64,000 nt of DNA from Escherichia phage MRostami-2023e: sequence record OQ031495. One strand, written 5' to 3'. Numbering within the stretch: the first letter of the stretch is position 1; each line of letters opens with the position of its first letter. The translations under genes were made by a program, and so were the position numbers. Below the pieces are notes generated by a model. It was not told the DNA's origin and searched no databases. It worked only from the letters and a program-made list of their open reading frames with translations. Below, in pieces: positions 1 to 9,187 of this stretch.

Positions 1-2214
1 ATGATTATTGAAACGGCTAAAGAAACGATTATTGGTTCAGGCGGTAAGAGCACAGCATTCACTATTCAAGGCAATAGTAAAGTTTATAAGATTTTGTCTA
101 ATGACCTTTATACAAACAAAGAATTGGCTTGTGTACGTGAATTAATCACAAACTGTATCGATGGACAAATTCTTAATGGTTGCACTGATAAGTTTATTGT
201 TCAGGCTCCAGGTCGTTTAGACCCGCGTTTTGTAGTTCGAGACTTTGGTCCTGGTATGAGTGATTTCACCATTCGAGGTAATGACGAAGAGCCAGGAATC
301 TATAACTCATATTTTGCTTCAACTAAAACATCGAGTAACGATTTCATTGGTGGATTCGGACTCGGCTCTAAAGCTCCACTAGCATATACCGATACGTTTA
401 ACCTTACGTCTTATCACAACGGTGAAGTTCGTGGTTACGTAATCTACCAAGATGACAGCGGTCCACAGATTAAGCCAACCTTCGTAGATAAGATGGGTCC
501 TGATGACCGAACCGGCGTTGAAGTAGTTGTGCCTGTTAACCCAGAAGATTTTGAAAAGTTCGCATCCGAAATTGCTTATGTTATGCGTCCTCTCGGCGAT
601 ATTGCAGAAGTTCGGGGAGTTAAAGATATTAAATACTTTCCTGAATTTGACGATGTATATTTGGCCAAGGAAGCTCCATGGGGTGAACGTGGTAATATCA
701 TGGCTGTTTATGGTGGTATTGTATATCCAATCGGAAGTGTTATTAAAGAACAAACATGGATGATGACGCGATGCACTACAGCTTATATTAAATTCCCTAT
801 GGGTGAACTAGATGTAGCCCCGTCTCGTGAAGCATTGTCATTTGATAAACGTACAGTAGCAAATATCCATAAACGCGTTGCAGAAATCGATGCTAAATTG
901 TTCGCTGAAGATTCTAAGAAATGGATTGATTGTAAATACCCACGTCATGTGTTCCGTGAAATTGATTCTCTTGGTTATACCGCTCGTAAATACATGGAAA
1001 AAGCCGGGTCTAATATTGAATCACTGAAATACTCTAAAGAACAACTAACTTATTCCGAGTTGTACAAACGTTTTAAAATGGGGCCCGAATGGTGTAATCT
1101 TGGCGTCGTATACGATATCGTTGAATCCCCACGTCTTCGGCGTATTCGTGAAAATGGTAGCTCATCTGCAACTATTTCAATTAACAGTCTGATTGGCATT
1201 AACATTAAAAACGTTGAAATTGTTATTGATGACGTTAAGGGACGTGTTCCATTAATGCGAGCTCTTAANNNNNNNNNNNNNNNNNNNNNNNNNNNNNNNN
1301 NNNNNNNNNNNNNNNNNNNNNNNNNNNNNNNNAGCGTACTATTCGTTGACCCTACAGACGAAGATGCAATGAAACTTCTGGAACGCCTTAAAGTTATCTT
1401 TGATGGCGACAACATTAACATGTACAAGACTTCAGAGCTTTTACAAATCGTTAAGCCGTGGATTGAAGTCAAGACTCGTTCTAATGGGCCTCGTCCTAAA
1501 TCCCCAAGTGCTCATCGGTTCTTTAAGAATGAAAACGATGTTTGGGTATCGGAAGATCTCTTTATTCCAGCGAGTGAAGCTGATGAAATCCAAGGTTATG
1601 CTATAGTTCGTAATCGTTCTAATGCTGAATGTCTTGACGCAGATAAAGGTTGGTTGAACTATGACTCCAATTTCTTGGCCCGTATTGCTGATTTGTCAGG
1701 TATTAAAGAGTTCACTGTAGTCCGTCCACAGATTGCTAAGAAAGTTCGTAAACTTGGTGAAGTAGAATGCTTGTTCGAAAAATCAATTAACGACTATATT
1801 ACGCTAATTGATAAAGTGGATTATGATGAGTATGTATCACCAAGTCGTAGAGCACAGCCTTATTTGAATCATATTACTCGTAACGAAGAGCTTAACTTCC
1901 TTAGTAAGTATTTTAGCTCTAAGAACAAAGAAATCAGTAAAGATTTTGCAAAACTCTCCACAGTAAATAATCGCTGGGGATGGAATCGATTCGCAGGTGC
2001 TACTAATACAGACCTGAATAAGAAGTTAGAATTGTGTGCTAAAATTTTCGATAAGCTTAAAGATAATGCTTACGATAATGATGATAAAATGGTTATTGAA
2101 TTCGAAACCAATTATCATATTGTGTCAGAATACATGGGACGACGTGGTACTCTTTCTAAAGAACAGGTCGCTCAAATCGTTAAATTCATGAAGGCCGTGG
2201 AAGCGGCCAAATAA
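1..2214 (+). CDS. rIIA: rIIA protein (membrane-associated; lysis inhibition / Rex exclusion sensitivity)
   Basis: 737-aa ORF starting at window base 1; N-terminus MIIETAKETI.. and length match T4 rIIA; rIIB follows; 64-nt N block inside keeps frame. Confidence 0.93.
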   Translation: MIIETAKETIIGSGGKSTAFTIQGNSKVYKILSNDLYTNKELACVRELITNCIDGQILNGCTDKFIVQAPGRLDPRFVVRDFGPGMSDFTIRGNDEEPGIYNSYFASTKTSSNDFIGGFGLGSKAPLAYTDTFNLTSYHNGEVRGYVIYQDDSGPQIKPTFVDKMGPDDRTGVEVVVPVNPEDFEKFASEIAYVMRPLGDIAEVRGVKDIKYFPEFDDVYLAKEAPWGERGNIMAVYGGIVYPIGSVIKEQTWMMTRCTTAYIKFPMGELDVAPSREALSFDKRTVANIHKRVAEIDAKLFAEDSKKWIDCKYPRHVFREIDSLGYTARKYMEKAGSNIESLKYSKEQLTYSELYKRFKMGPEWCNLGVVYDIVESPRLRRIRENGSSSATISINSLIGINIKNVEIVIDDVKGRVPLMRALXXXXXXXXXXXXXXXXXXXXXXSVLFVDPTDEDAMKLLERLKVIFDGDNINMYKTSELLQIVKPWIEVKTRSNGPRPKSPSAHRFFKNENDVWVSEDLFIPASEADEIQGYAIVRNRSNAECLDADKGWLNYDSNFLARIADLSGIKEFTVVRPQIAKKVRKLGEVECLFEKSINDYITLIDKVDYDEYVSPSRRAQPYLNHITRNEELNFLSKYFSSKNKEISKDFAKLSTVNNRWGWNRFAGATNTDLNKKLELCAKIFDKLKDNAYDNDDKMVIEFETNYHIVSEYMGRRGTLSKEQVAQIVKFMKAVEAAK

Positions 2215-2223
2215 GGAAACATT

Positions 2224-3160
2224 ATGTACAATATCAAATGCTTGTCCCAAGAAGAACAGTTAGAAGCTTACGACCTGGTCAAATCAGGCAAATGGACTCG
2301 TAAAGAAATTGCCGATTACTTCGACATTTCAACAGATACTCTTCGTAAGATTGTTAAGAATTTTAAAGCTGAAGGAGAAAGCAGCTGAATTTGAAGACGA
2401 AGAACAGGTCCCAGAAAATGATGAACCTATTATTACCGGCCATCGTCCTGAAATCGTATGGAACGCGTCATCTAAATTTATTTCAATTATTGAAGGACGC
2501 GTAGCATACAATGCGACTCCATCAAGTCATGCAAATTTTGAAGAAATTAAAGCTAATCTGGTCGCAGGAAACCTTAGTAAAGCTGTCGAACTTATTAACA
2601 TCAAGAAAGCTATTACTAAGTTTGTTGATGGTAATGTTACTATTGAAGGTGGTAGTTTATTTTATCAAGGTATAGAGATTCGTTCAGGGCTGGTTAACCG
2701 TATTATTGATTCCATGGAAAAAGGTGAAGACTTTAAATTCTATCTGCCATTCCTTGAAAACCTGTTAGAAAACCCAAGCGAAAAAGCTGTACAACGTTTA
2801 TTCGACTTCTTGGTTGCAAACGATATTGAAATCACTGAAGATGGGTATTTCTATGCGTGGAAAGTAGTTCGTAAGGACTATTTAGACTGCTATAGTGGTA
2901 CATTTGATAACTCGCCTGGTAAAGTTGTTTCAATGCCTCGTACTCGAGTTAACGACGATGATACTCAAACCTGTTCTCGCGGTCTCCACGTTTGTGCTAA
3001 ATCTTATATTCGCCACTTTGGTTCAAGCTCAGATAAAGTTGTTAAGGTTAAAGTTCATCCACGTGATGTTGTATCCATCCCAGTTGACTATGGTGATGCT
3101 AAGATGCGTACATGTCGTTATGAAGTAATTTCAGACGTTACTGAATTGTTTGCAGAATAA
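2224..3160 (+). CDS. rIIB: rIIB protein, reading frame interrupted by an apparent 1-nt insertion near 2378-2380
   Basis: ATG 2224 gives MYNIKCLSQEEQ.. (rIIB N-terminus) in frame 1, stop at 2388; frame 2 ORF 2309-3160 carries the conserved rIIB C-terminal part; total 937 nt = 312 codons + 1. Confidence 0.85.
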
Positions 3161-3165
3161 TAATT

Positions 3166-3190
3166 GGGGACTTCGGTCCCCTTTTTCTTT
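3166..3190 (+). terminator. intrinsic terminator, GGGGAC-UUCG-GUCCCC hairpin plus T tract
   Basis: ggggacttcggtcccc followed by tttttcttt directly after rIIB stop. Confidence 0.7.
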
Positions 3191-3200
3191 AGGGGTAATT

Positions 3201-3488
3201 ATGATTCATCCATTTGACGTATCAGAATCCAAAATTGCTAATCTTCGTGGTCATCATAAGTGTAAATCAGTTTATTGTGCTAAATTGGTAAAACATCCTG
3301 GCGATGCACACTACGGGTGGTTAGAATGCGACGAAGTTGTTATTGAAATTCCGCCTGTAGATGCAGAATATCTTGAAGAAGGTGACCGCATTTATTTTGG
3401 CGAACTACACATCAGAGGTATCTATGGTAAAGACGAACTTGGGGCTGTTGAGGCTGAAGAGTCTTCCGACATTTATCCTGTCGAATGA
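3201..3488 (+). CDS. hypothetical protein (rIIB-denB intergenic slot)
   Basis: ORF with ATG 3201 after the terminator; the track ORF 3150-3488 would start inside the rIIB stop region. Confidence 0.5.
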   Translation: MIHPFDVSESKIANLRGHHKCKSVYCAKLVKHPGDAHYGWLECDEVVIEIPPVDAEYLEEGDRIYFGELHIRGIYGKDELGAVEAEESSDIYPVE

Positions 3489-3504
3489 GTTTTTGACTAG
3501 CGAA

Positions 3505-3981
3505 ATGAAGGTTAAGATCGCTGATACTGCTCGGTACTCGTTGAAACAAGATCCAGGTCAAATAAAAGAAGACGTTGTTCGACGTTGTAAGGTTGCAGTC
3601 TTTGCAGAGTATGTAGTAGCAAATTGGCTAGACGGATATGTTAATAAAGGTATTGAAGACGTCGAAGACCCGTACACGTATGCATGGGACGTGTTAGCTC
3701 ATCCCAAGTATTGTGGAATTCGTGTAGAAGTCAAGACGCACCAGATAGATTCTAAATGGATTTCGGTTACCACAGGATACAGTGGTGATTATCCTGGTGG
3801 TAATGGAATCAATATAGGGCCCTTCTTGAACCATCGAGTCGCAGATTGCATTATTATATTAGATGTCAAAGAAACCTCACCTGACGTCTTCTCTTATTCT
3901 ATAAAGTTTGTGGGAGACCATGAAGACCTAAAGAAAATCGTCCGCAAGAGCAACTACAGCGGGTGGTATCTTCATCTTTAA
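3505..3981 (+). CDS. denB: endonuclease IV (DenB)
   Basis: MKVKIADTARYSL..CKVAVFAEYVVANWL..KVEVKTHQIDSKWISVTTGYSGDYPGG matches T4 DenB as I recall it; position between rIIB and ndd. Confidence 0.85.
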   Translation: MKVKIADTARYSLKQDPGQIKEDVVRRCKVAVFAEYVVANWLDGYVNKGIEDVEDPYTYAWDVLAHPKYCGIRVEVKTHQIDSKWISVTTGYSGDYPGGNGINIGPFLNHRVADCIIILDVKETSPDVFSYSIKFVGDHEDLKKIVRKSNYSGWYLHL

Positions 3982-3993
3982 TTTCATAAAAGT

Positions 3994-4029
3994 GTTTACA
4001 ACTAAGTAGGACTATGATATAGTAGTCCT
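3994..4029 (+). promoter_or_regulatory. early promoter (GTTTAC -35, TG-extended TATAGT -10) with palindrome TAGGACTA/TAGTCCTA around the -10
   Basis: gtttac 3994-3999, tgatatagt 4015-4023, inverted repeat 4006-4013 / 4022-4029. Confidence 0.6.
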
Positions 4030-4049
4030 ATCTAAAAGAGGATAACATC

Positions 4050-4313
4050 ATGAAATTTAAATTTTTCTACGCAAAACATAAAGTAACAGGCGAATTTGTT
4101 TCAATGTACAACACTGCAGATGACGAAGGGATGATTTACACCCATTTGGGTCTATCTCATTGGGACTCAGACGTGCCTTATATGTCATCTGAAGCCGAAA
4201 TAACTCGTTTAGTTAACGGGCATATGAACGACCATTTTGGTGTTATTCTTTCTAAAGACCTTAAAGAGGTTATCAATAAAGGATATATGGAACTCGCGGA
4301 AGTTGAGATATGA
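4050..4313 (+). CDS. hypothetical early protein
   Basis: 87-aa ORF with RBS, downstream of early promoter. Confidence 0.55.
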   Translation: MKFKFFYAKHKVTGEFVSMYNTADDEGMIYTHLGLSHWDSDVPYMSSEAEITRLVNGHMNDHFGVILSKDLKEVINKGYMELAEVEI

Positions 4314-4396
4314 GCTCTAAAATGTGGATCGGAATATGGTTGCTTAGTATCCCAATGATTTGTATAATATTTTCAATTGTGTTGAGGTACTTATGA
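4310..4396 (+). CDS. small hydrophobic peptide (28 aa), putative
   Basis: MSSKMWIGIWLLSIPMICIIFSIVLRYL; ATGA start/stop overlap with the upstream ORF; below the 60-aa track cutoff. Confidence 0.3.
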   Translation: MSSKMWIGIWLLSIPMICIIFSIVLRYL

Positions 4397-4503
4397 AAAA
4401 TGCACTTCTTATTGTACTAAGAACAATTTGTGATACTGGTTTTTACATTGCATGTTCGTTCACTGGAACATGGTTGGCTTTAACATATTTTAATGTAATT
4501 TAA
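4393..4503 (+). CDS. small hydrophobic peptide (36 aa), putative
   Basis: MKNALLIVLRTICDTGFYIACSFTGTWLALTYFNVI; ATGA overlap with the previous small ORF. Confidence 0.3.
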   Translation: MKNALLIVLRTICDTGFYIACSFTGTWLALTYFNVI

Positions 4504-4505
4504 TT

Positions 4506-4544
4506 GTTTACATCACGGTAGGATTATGGTATAGTAGTCCTATC
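4506..4544 (+). promoter_or_regulatory. early promoter with imperfect palindrome around the -10
   Basis: gtttac 4506-4511; taggattatggtatagtagtcctatc. Confidence 0.55.
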
Positions 4545-4563
4545 AAAACACAAGGAACACAAA

Positions 4564-4764
4564 ATGGCTAAGCTTTTTAAAGATGTTGAAATTGGTGAAA
4601 AATTTGTTCTGAATAATGGTCAGCAGCTTATTCGTGTAGCTTCTATCGCCGGACAAACTCATAACTGTATCGCCCCAACGTGTTGGACTCGATTCTTTAT
4701 TGAAGATGACACTGAATGTTTAACTGTTGAAGAGCTTTTTGAACGTTCTGATATAGCCGAATAA
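4564..4764 (+). CDS. hypothetical early protein
   Basis: 66-aa ORF with AAGGAA RBS downstream of promoter. Confidence 0.55.
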   Translation: MAKLFKDVEIGEKFVLNNGQQLIRVASIAGQTHNCIAPTCWTRFFIEDDTECLTVEELFERSDIAE

Positions 4765-4767
4765 AAT

Positions 4768-4802
4768 TGTACAAACTCTTGAGAGCAGAGTATAATGCTC
4801 TC
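4768..4802 (+). promoter_or_regulatory. early promoter (TTGTAC -35, TATAAT -10) with palindrome GAGAGCA/TGCTCTC flanking the -10
   Basis: ttgtacaaactcttgagagcagagtataatgctctc. Confidence 0.55.
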
Positions 4803-4840
4803 ATGGATTACAAAAACATTAATCAATTGAGGAAATTAGC

Positions 4841-5287
4841 ATGTCCAAATATTTAACTCGTAAAGACCTTCTGACAGTTGGTGGTGAAGTTGTTGCAGTA
4901 GTTCGTAATGGCGAATACGGTTCTGAAGTTTCTAAAGAGTTTCGTTCTCGTGAAGGTTTTTACTTCTTCGTTAAAGGTTCATCTGATTGGCGACAAGTAG
5001 CAGCACGATTCTTTGTAGGACGTCAACGTTCTAAACAAGGGTTGGATGCAATTCTTTCTCATATTCGTCAAGGCCGTTCGCAACTAGCCCGTACTATGGG
5101 CACTAACAATATTGAATATGATGTAATCTTTGTTGCAGCTAAGAACATGAAACCACTGACTACTGGTTATGGTAAAGGACAATTGACTCTGGCATTCACT
5201 CGCAACCATACATCAGAGTATCAAACACTCACTGAAATGAACCGTCTTCTGGCAGATAATTTCAAATTCATTCTGCAGAGTTACTAA
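4841..5287 (+). CDS. ndd: nucleoid disruption protein Ndd
   Basis: 148 aa; ..[59 protein letters not shown] matches T4 Ndd. Confidence 0.9.
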   Translation: MSKYLTRKDLLTVGGEVVAVVRNGEYGSEVSKEFRSREGFYFFVKGSSDWRQVAARFFVGRQRSKQGLDAILSHIRQGRSQLARTMGTNNIEYDVIFVAAKNMKPLTTGYGKGQLTLAFTRNHTSEYQTLTEMNRLLADNFKFILQSY

Positions 5288-5339
5288 TTTATACGGGCCT
5301 AGCTTAATAGGCCTTTAATTTATTTTTGAGGTAATTAAA

Positions 5340-5486
5340 ATGGTAGCATGGATTATTGCATTGCTGTGTTGGTCGTTTTTATTCGTTAACACTTTAGTTA
5401 CAGGTGAAACAACAGTATTTCAACAGGCCGTATCACAAGGTACCTTAGCGGTCTTAGCTCTTCTTAACGTATTAAAAGGCGAGTAA
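5340..5486 (+). CDS. small membrane protein (48 aa), in the ac / 52.1 position
   Basis: MVAWIIALLCWSFLFVNTLVTG..; hydrophobic; between ndd and gene 52. Confidence 0.4.
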   Translation: MVAWIIALLCWSFLFVNTLVTGETTVFQQAVSQGTLAVLALLNVLKGE

Positions 5487-5626
5487 TGATTAAGAAAATC
5501 TTAGCAGGAGCCTTCGGGCTCTTGTTGTTGCTTACGGTTCTGTACTATGGTGTGATGTTTGGACTAATCCAAGTAGTGCTTTTCATTTCAGATGTTATAA
5601 TGGCTATTCGTTCATTAATATGGTGA
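5486..5626 (+). CDS. small membrane protein (46 aa)
   Basis: MIKKILAGAFGLLLLLTVLYYGVMFGLIQVVLFISDVIMAIRSLIW; TAATG overlap with the previous ORF. Confidence 0.4.
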   Translation: MIKKILAGAFGLLLLLTVLYYGVMFGLIQVVLFISDVIMAIRSLIW

Positions 5627-5630
5627 AAAT

Positions 5631-6956
5631 ATGCAATTGAATTCTCGTAATCTAAAAAGTATTATTGATAACGAAGCCTTAGCATATGCGATGTACACCG
5701 TTGAAAACCGTGCAATCCCAAACATGATTGATGGATTTAAGCCGGTTCAACGTTTTGTGGTTCATCGTGCGTTAGATTTGGCTCGTGGTAATAAAGAAAA
5801 ATTTCATAAACTTGCGTCAATTGCAGGTGGTGTTGCAGATTTAGGTTATCACCATGGTGAATCTTCTGCACAAGATGCAGGTGCATTGATGGCTAACACG
5901 TGGAACAACAACTATCCACTGTTAGATGGCCAAGGCAACTTTGGTTCTAGAACAGTCCAAAAAGCTGCAGCATCTCGTTATATTTTTGCTCGTGTAAGTA
6001 AAAATTTCTATAACGTATATAAAGATACTGAATATGCTCCAGCTCATGAAGATAAAGAACACATTCCACCAAAATTCTATCTTCCTATTATTCCGACAGT
6101 TCTTTTGAATGGTGTTTCTGGTATTGCAACCGGTTACGCAACAAATATTCTGCCTCATAGTTTTAAATCGGTAAAAAAGGCCGTATTACAAGCTCTTCAA
6201 GGTAAAAATGTCACTAAGCCAAAAGTTGAATTCCCGGAATTCCGTGGTGAAGTACATGAAGTTGATGGGCGTTATGAGATTCACGGAACATATAAGTTCA
6301 CATCTCGCACTCAAATGCAGATAACTGAAATCCCATATAAATTCGACCGTGAAACGTATGTGAGTAAGGTTCTTGACCCGTTGGAAGACAAAGGTCTAAT
6401 CTCTTGGGAAGATGATTGTGGTGAACACGGCTTTGGGTTTAAGGTGAAGTTCCGTAAAGAGTACTCGCTTCCTGATGATGAAGAGCTACGTCATGAAAAA
6501 ATCATGAAAGATTTTAGTCTCATCGAACGTCGTTCACAAAACATCACAGTGATTAATGAAAAGGGTAAATTAGCTGTCTACGATAACGTAGTGGACTTAA
6601 TCAAAGATTTTGTTGAAGTCCGTAAGACTTACGTTCAGAAACGTATTGACAACAAAATCCTTGAATCTGAAAAAGCATTTAAACTGGCTTTTGCTAAGGC
6701 ACACTTCATCAAAAAAGTTATTACAGGTGAAATTGTGATTCAGGGCAAGACTCGTAAAGCTTTGACTGAAGAGCTAGCACAAATCGAAATGTATAAAGAA
6801 CATGTCGATAAACTGGTAGGTCTTAACATCTTCCATATCACTTCCGACGAAGCACGTAAACTAGCAGAAGAAGCTAAAGCTAAGAAAGAAGAAAATGAGT
6901 ATTGGAAGTCTACTGATGTTGTGACCGAGTACACTAAAGACTTGGAGGCACTTTGA
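5631..6956 (+). CDS. 52: DNA topoisomerase II medium subunit gp52
   Basis: 441 aa; AYAMYTVENRAIPNMIDGFKPVQRF (GyrA-type N-terminal domain); matches T4 gp52 in length and position. Confidence 0.95.
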   Translation: MQLNSRNLKSIIDNEALAYAMYTVENRAIPNMIDGFKPVQRFVVHRALDLARGNKEKFHKLASIAGGVADLGYHHGESSAQDAGALMANTWNNNYPLLDGQGNFGSRTVQKAAASRYIFARVSKNFYNVYKDTEYAPAHEDKEHIPPKFYLPIIPTVLLNGVSGIATGYATNILPHSFKSVKKAVLQALQGKNVTKPKVEFPEFRGEVHEVDGRYEIHGTYKFTSRTQMQITEIPYKFDRETYVSKVLDPLEDKGLISWEDDCGEHGFGFKVKFRKEYSLPDDEELRHEKIMKDFSLIERRSQNITVINEKGKLAVYDNVVDLIKDFVEVRKTYVQKRIDNKILESEKAFKLAFAKAHFIKKVITGEIVIQGKTRKALTEELAQIEMYKEHVDKLVGLNIFHITSDEARKLAEEAKAKKEENEYWKSTDVVTEYTKDLEAL

Positions 6957-7033
6957 GTGCCCTAGCCTTAGGATTTCTCGGTGCAATAGCTGTACTAGTG
7001 ATTTGGCTGTATTGGTTGGACAAACATGATTAG
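6953..7033 (+). CDS. possible 26-aa hydrophobic peptide with TTG start
   Basis: GGAGG RBS 6944-6948 then TTG; LSALALGFLGAIAVLVIWLYWLDKHD; overlaps the gene 52 stop; speculative. Confidence 0.25.
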   Translation: MSALALGFLGAIAVLVIWLYWLDKHD

Positions 7034-7054
7034 GGAGCTTCGGCTCCCTTTTGT
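7033..7054 (+). terminator. intrinsic terminator, GGGAGC-UUCG-GCUCCC plus T tract
   Basis: gggagcttcggctcccttttgtg after gene 52. Confidence 0.7.
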
Positions 7055-7074
7055 GCATTTTTCTCACAAAACAG

Positions 7075-7105
7075 TTTACTTTTGCTTCAAACATGATAGT
7101 ATAGA
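7075..7105 (+). promoter_or_regulatory. early promoter with embedded MotA-box-like TGCTTCA (possible early/middle hybrid)
   Basis: gtttac 7075-7080; tgcttca 7083-7089; -10 region gatagtataga. Confidence 0.55.
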
Positions 7106-7141
7106 CCTATCAAAACAAAACAACCAAATTGGAGAAATAAA

Positions 7142-7357
7142 ATGTCTAAAATGAAATTAACCCAAAACACAACTACTCGTTTCGGTAAAGTTAAACCTGG
7201 TATGAATGCTCCACGTAAAGCACTTGTTGAAGAATTAAATTTCTTAGAAGTTGAAATCAATTCTTTAGTGGTTCGCGGTTCAAATGGACATCATTTAGAA
7301 AAGCTTCGTTCTAAAAAGGCAAAACTTATTAGCCTTATTAAAGAAATGAGTTTGTAA
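7142..7357 (+). CDS. hypothetical basic early protein
   Basis: 71-aa ORF, GGAGAAATAAAATG RBS/start; MSKMKLTQ.. Confidence 0.55.
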   Translation: MSKMKLTQNTTTRFGKVKPGMNAPRKALVEELNFLEVEINSLVVRGSNGHHLEKLRSKKAKLISLIKEMSL

Positions 7358-7394
7358 ATTTTACCAGGGCTTTTGAAAAAGAGCCCAAAATAAA

Positions 7395-7426
7395 GTTTAC
7401 TTTTGCTTCAAACATGATATTATAGA
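7395..7426 (+). promoter_or_regulatory. early promoter with MotA-box-like TGCTTCA; near-identical copy of the 7075 cassette
   Basis: gtttacttttgcttcaaacatgatattatagacctatcaaaacaaa. Confidence 0.55.
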
Positions 7427-7460
7427 CCTATCAAAACAAATACTAATTTGGAGAAATAAA

Positions 7461-8093
7461 ATGTCTAAAGTTACTTACATCATCAAAGCTTCTGAAAACG
7501 CTCTGAATGAAAAAACTGCTGCAATAATGGTTTATATCATTAAGAACAACTTCACCACTGCTGCCAATGTCCGTGAAGCTCTGGAAGCAGAATACAATGC
7601 ATCGGTTGTTAACTCTAACATTGGTGTATTGATTAAGAAAGGTTTAGTCGAAAAATCCGGTGATGGACTTGTAGCAACAGGCGAAGCAATGGATATTATC
7701 CAAAAAGCTGCAGACCTCTTTGCCCAAGAAAATGCTCCAGAACTTCTTCAGAAACGTAACACTAGAAAAGCACGTGGAGTTACTCCTGAAATGCATGAAT
7801 TAGCAAACTTTGTTTTTGAAAATATTAAAGATAAAGTTGAAGTTAAAGAAATTGGTGAAAACCGTAGTAACTTGGAAGTTCGATTTGCAAAACGAGTTCT
7901 AGGTATTCGTCAGATCGAAATTCGTCGAGATGGTTCTCTTAGAATCTTTGCATACAACATGTCAGAAACTGAATCAAAGCTGTTTACTTCTCTTGAAAAT
8001 GATGTTAAGATTAAGATCGGTGGTAAATATACTTACATTGACTTCCCTAATGTGTCCAAAGAAATCATTACCCTTGTAACTAACGTACTGTGA
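7461..8093 (+). CDS. motA: MotA, activator of middle-mode transcription
   Basis: 210 aa; MSKVTYIIKAS..NSNIGVLIKKGLVEKSGDGL..ENAPELL matches T4 MotA (211 aa). Confidence 0.9.
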   Translation: MSKVTYIIKASENALNEKTAAIMVYIIKNNFTTAANVREALEAEYNASVVNSNIGVLIKKGLVEKSGDGLVATGEAMDIIQKAADLFAQENAPELLQKRNTRKARGVTPEMHELANFVFENIKDKVEVKEIGENRSNLEVRFAKRVLGIRQIEIRRDGSLRIFAYNMSETESKLFTSLENDVKIKIGGKYTYIDFPNVSKEIITLVTNVL

Positions 8094-8103
8094 GGAATAC
8101 ATA

Positions 8104-8448
8104 ATGAATAAGCTGAATATTATTAACGAACTTCGTAAATGTGCAGAACCTACTCAAGAAGGATGGGATATTTGGTACCACGGGGCTTATTTAGGGACAA
8201 TTGTAAAGATTAAAGCAGGCCAATATACGGTTATTCGTGAAAATNNNNNNNNNNNNNNNNNNNNNNNNNNNNNNNNNNNNCGTAAAAACTACATGGCAGC
8301 GATCAGTTCATTTGTTGATGCAGCTTACGAAATCTATAAAGAAGATTATAAAGAATATCAGCAGTCACAACCGGTTATTCGTTCGATTGGTGTAAATAAA
8401 CAAGCACAAAAATCTATTTGGCAACGTATTAAAGGATGGTTTAAATGA
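8104..8448 (+). CDS. hypothetical protein
   Basis: 114-aa ORF containing a 36-nt N block; ATGA overlap with the next ORF. Confidence 0.5.
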   Translation: MNKLNIINELRKCAEPTQEGWDIWYHGAYLGTIVKIKAGQYTVIRENXXXXXXXXXXXXRKNYMAAISSFVDAAYEIYKEDYKEYQQSQPVIRSIGVNKQAQKSIWQRIKGWFK

Positions 8449-8906
8449 AAACTTTTAAAGAACGTTTAGCTCTGTTAGATAAAGCTTTGTCGCGTGAGAC
8501 TCCGGAAAGTCTGGCTGCTAAATTAGCTTCTTACGGCGGTGAATATACAGAACAAAATGTTTTAGATGAAGTTCCTGAAATCTGTTGGCAGACTCTGTAT
8601 TGGGATGAAAACCAAAAGTATCAACGACGAATTGTCTGTGCAGCTAATCGTTTTAAATTAAAAGATGGACGAACTCTTATTATTCCAGGTGCTCGTCATT
8701 ACTCTAAAGATATGGCTGAAGTACTTGATATAGTTGGTCCTCAATTAGTCTCGCAGCAAGTTTGTGGCGACGACCAAGGCTTTATTGATCAATACTCTAA
8801 TTACTGGACACGTGAAGAAGCAATGATTATTGCAACTTACGCTGGACAAGTACGTATTGAACGTGGTGGTAATGAAAAAGAACTTTACTCTGAGGATCTT
8901 TACTAA
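8445..8906 (+). CDS. hypothetical protein
   Basis: 153-aa ORF, translationally coupled to neighbours. Confidence 0.55.
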   Translation: MKTFKERLALLDKALSRETPESLAAKLASYGGEYTEQNVLDEVPEICWQTLYWDENQKYQRRIVCAANRFKLKDGRTLIIPGARHYSKDMAEVLDIVGPQLVSQQVCGDDQGFIDQYSNYWTREEAMIIATYAGQVRIERGGNEKELYSEDLY

Positions 8907-9187
8907 TGAATCTTAAACAACTCCAGATTGATGCTATTGAAGCACACATTAATCATATCAAACGCCTGAATGCTATGATGGAAGAAAATTATGGTATGTA
9001 TGCTAATCAGCCTGGTTGGGATGCTTTAGACCATCCTTATTTGGTTAATTTATGTAAAGGTGATACGTTAGCAATTATTCGTGATGGGTTAAAACCTTTC
9101 TTGCGTGACATGTATATTAAAATGAACGAAGAAATTATTAGCTCGTTGCAATATCAATTAAGGAAATTAGATGATGAGAATAATTGA
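8906..9187 (+). CDS. hypothetical protein
   Basis: 93-aa ORF, start overlaps the previous stop. Confidence 0.5.
   Translation: MNLKQLQIDAIEAHINHIKRLNAMMEENYGMYANQPGWDALDHPYLVNLCKGDTLAIIRDGLKPFLRDMYIKMNEEIISSLQYQLRKLDDENN

Noticed and set aside
379-753. Antisense 124-aa ORF inside rIIA (and similar antisense or out-of-frame track ORFs, e.g. 1050-1472, 5922-6158, 14915-15163, 17205-17396, 36186-36488, 44477-44794)
   Set aside because: They lie entirely within well-supported conserved genes on the opposite strand or in another frame, have no RBS, and look like shadow ORFs of AT-rich coding sequence.
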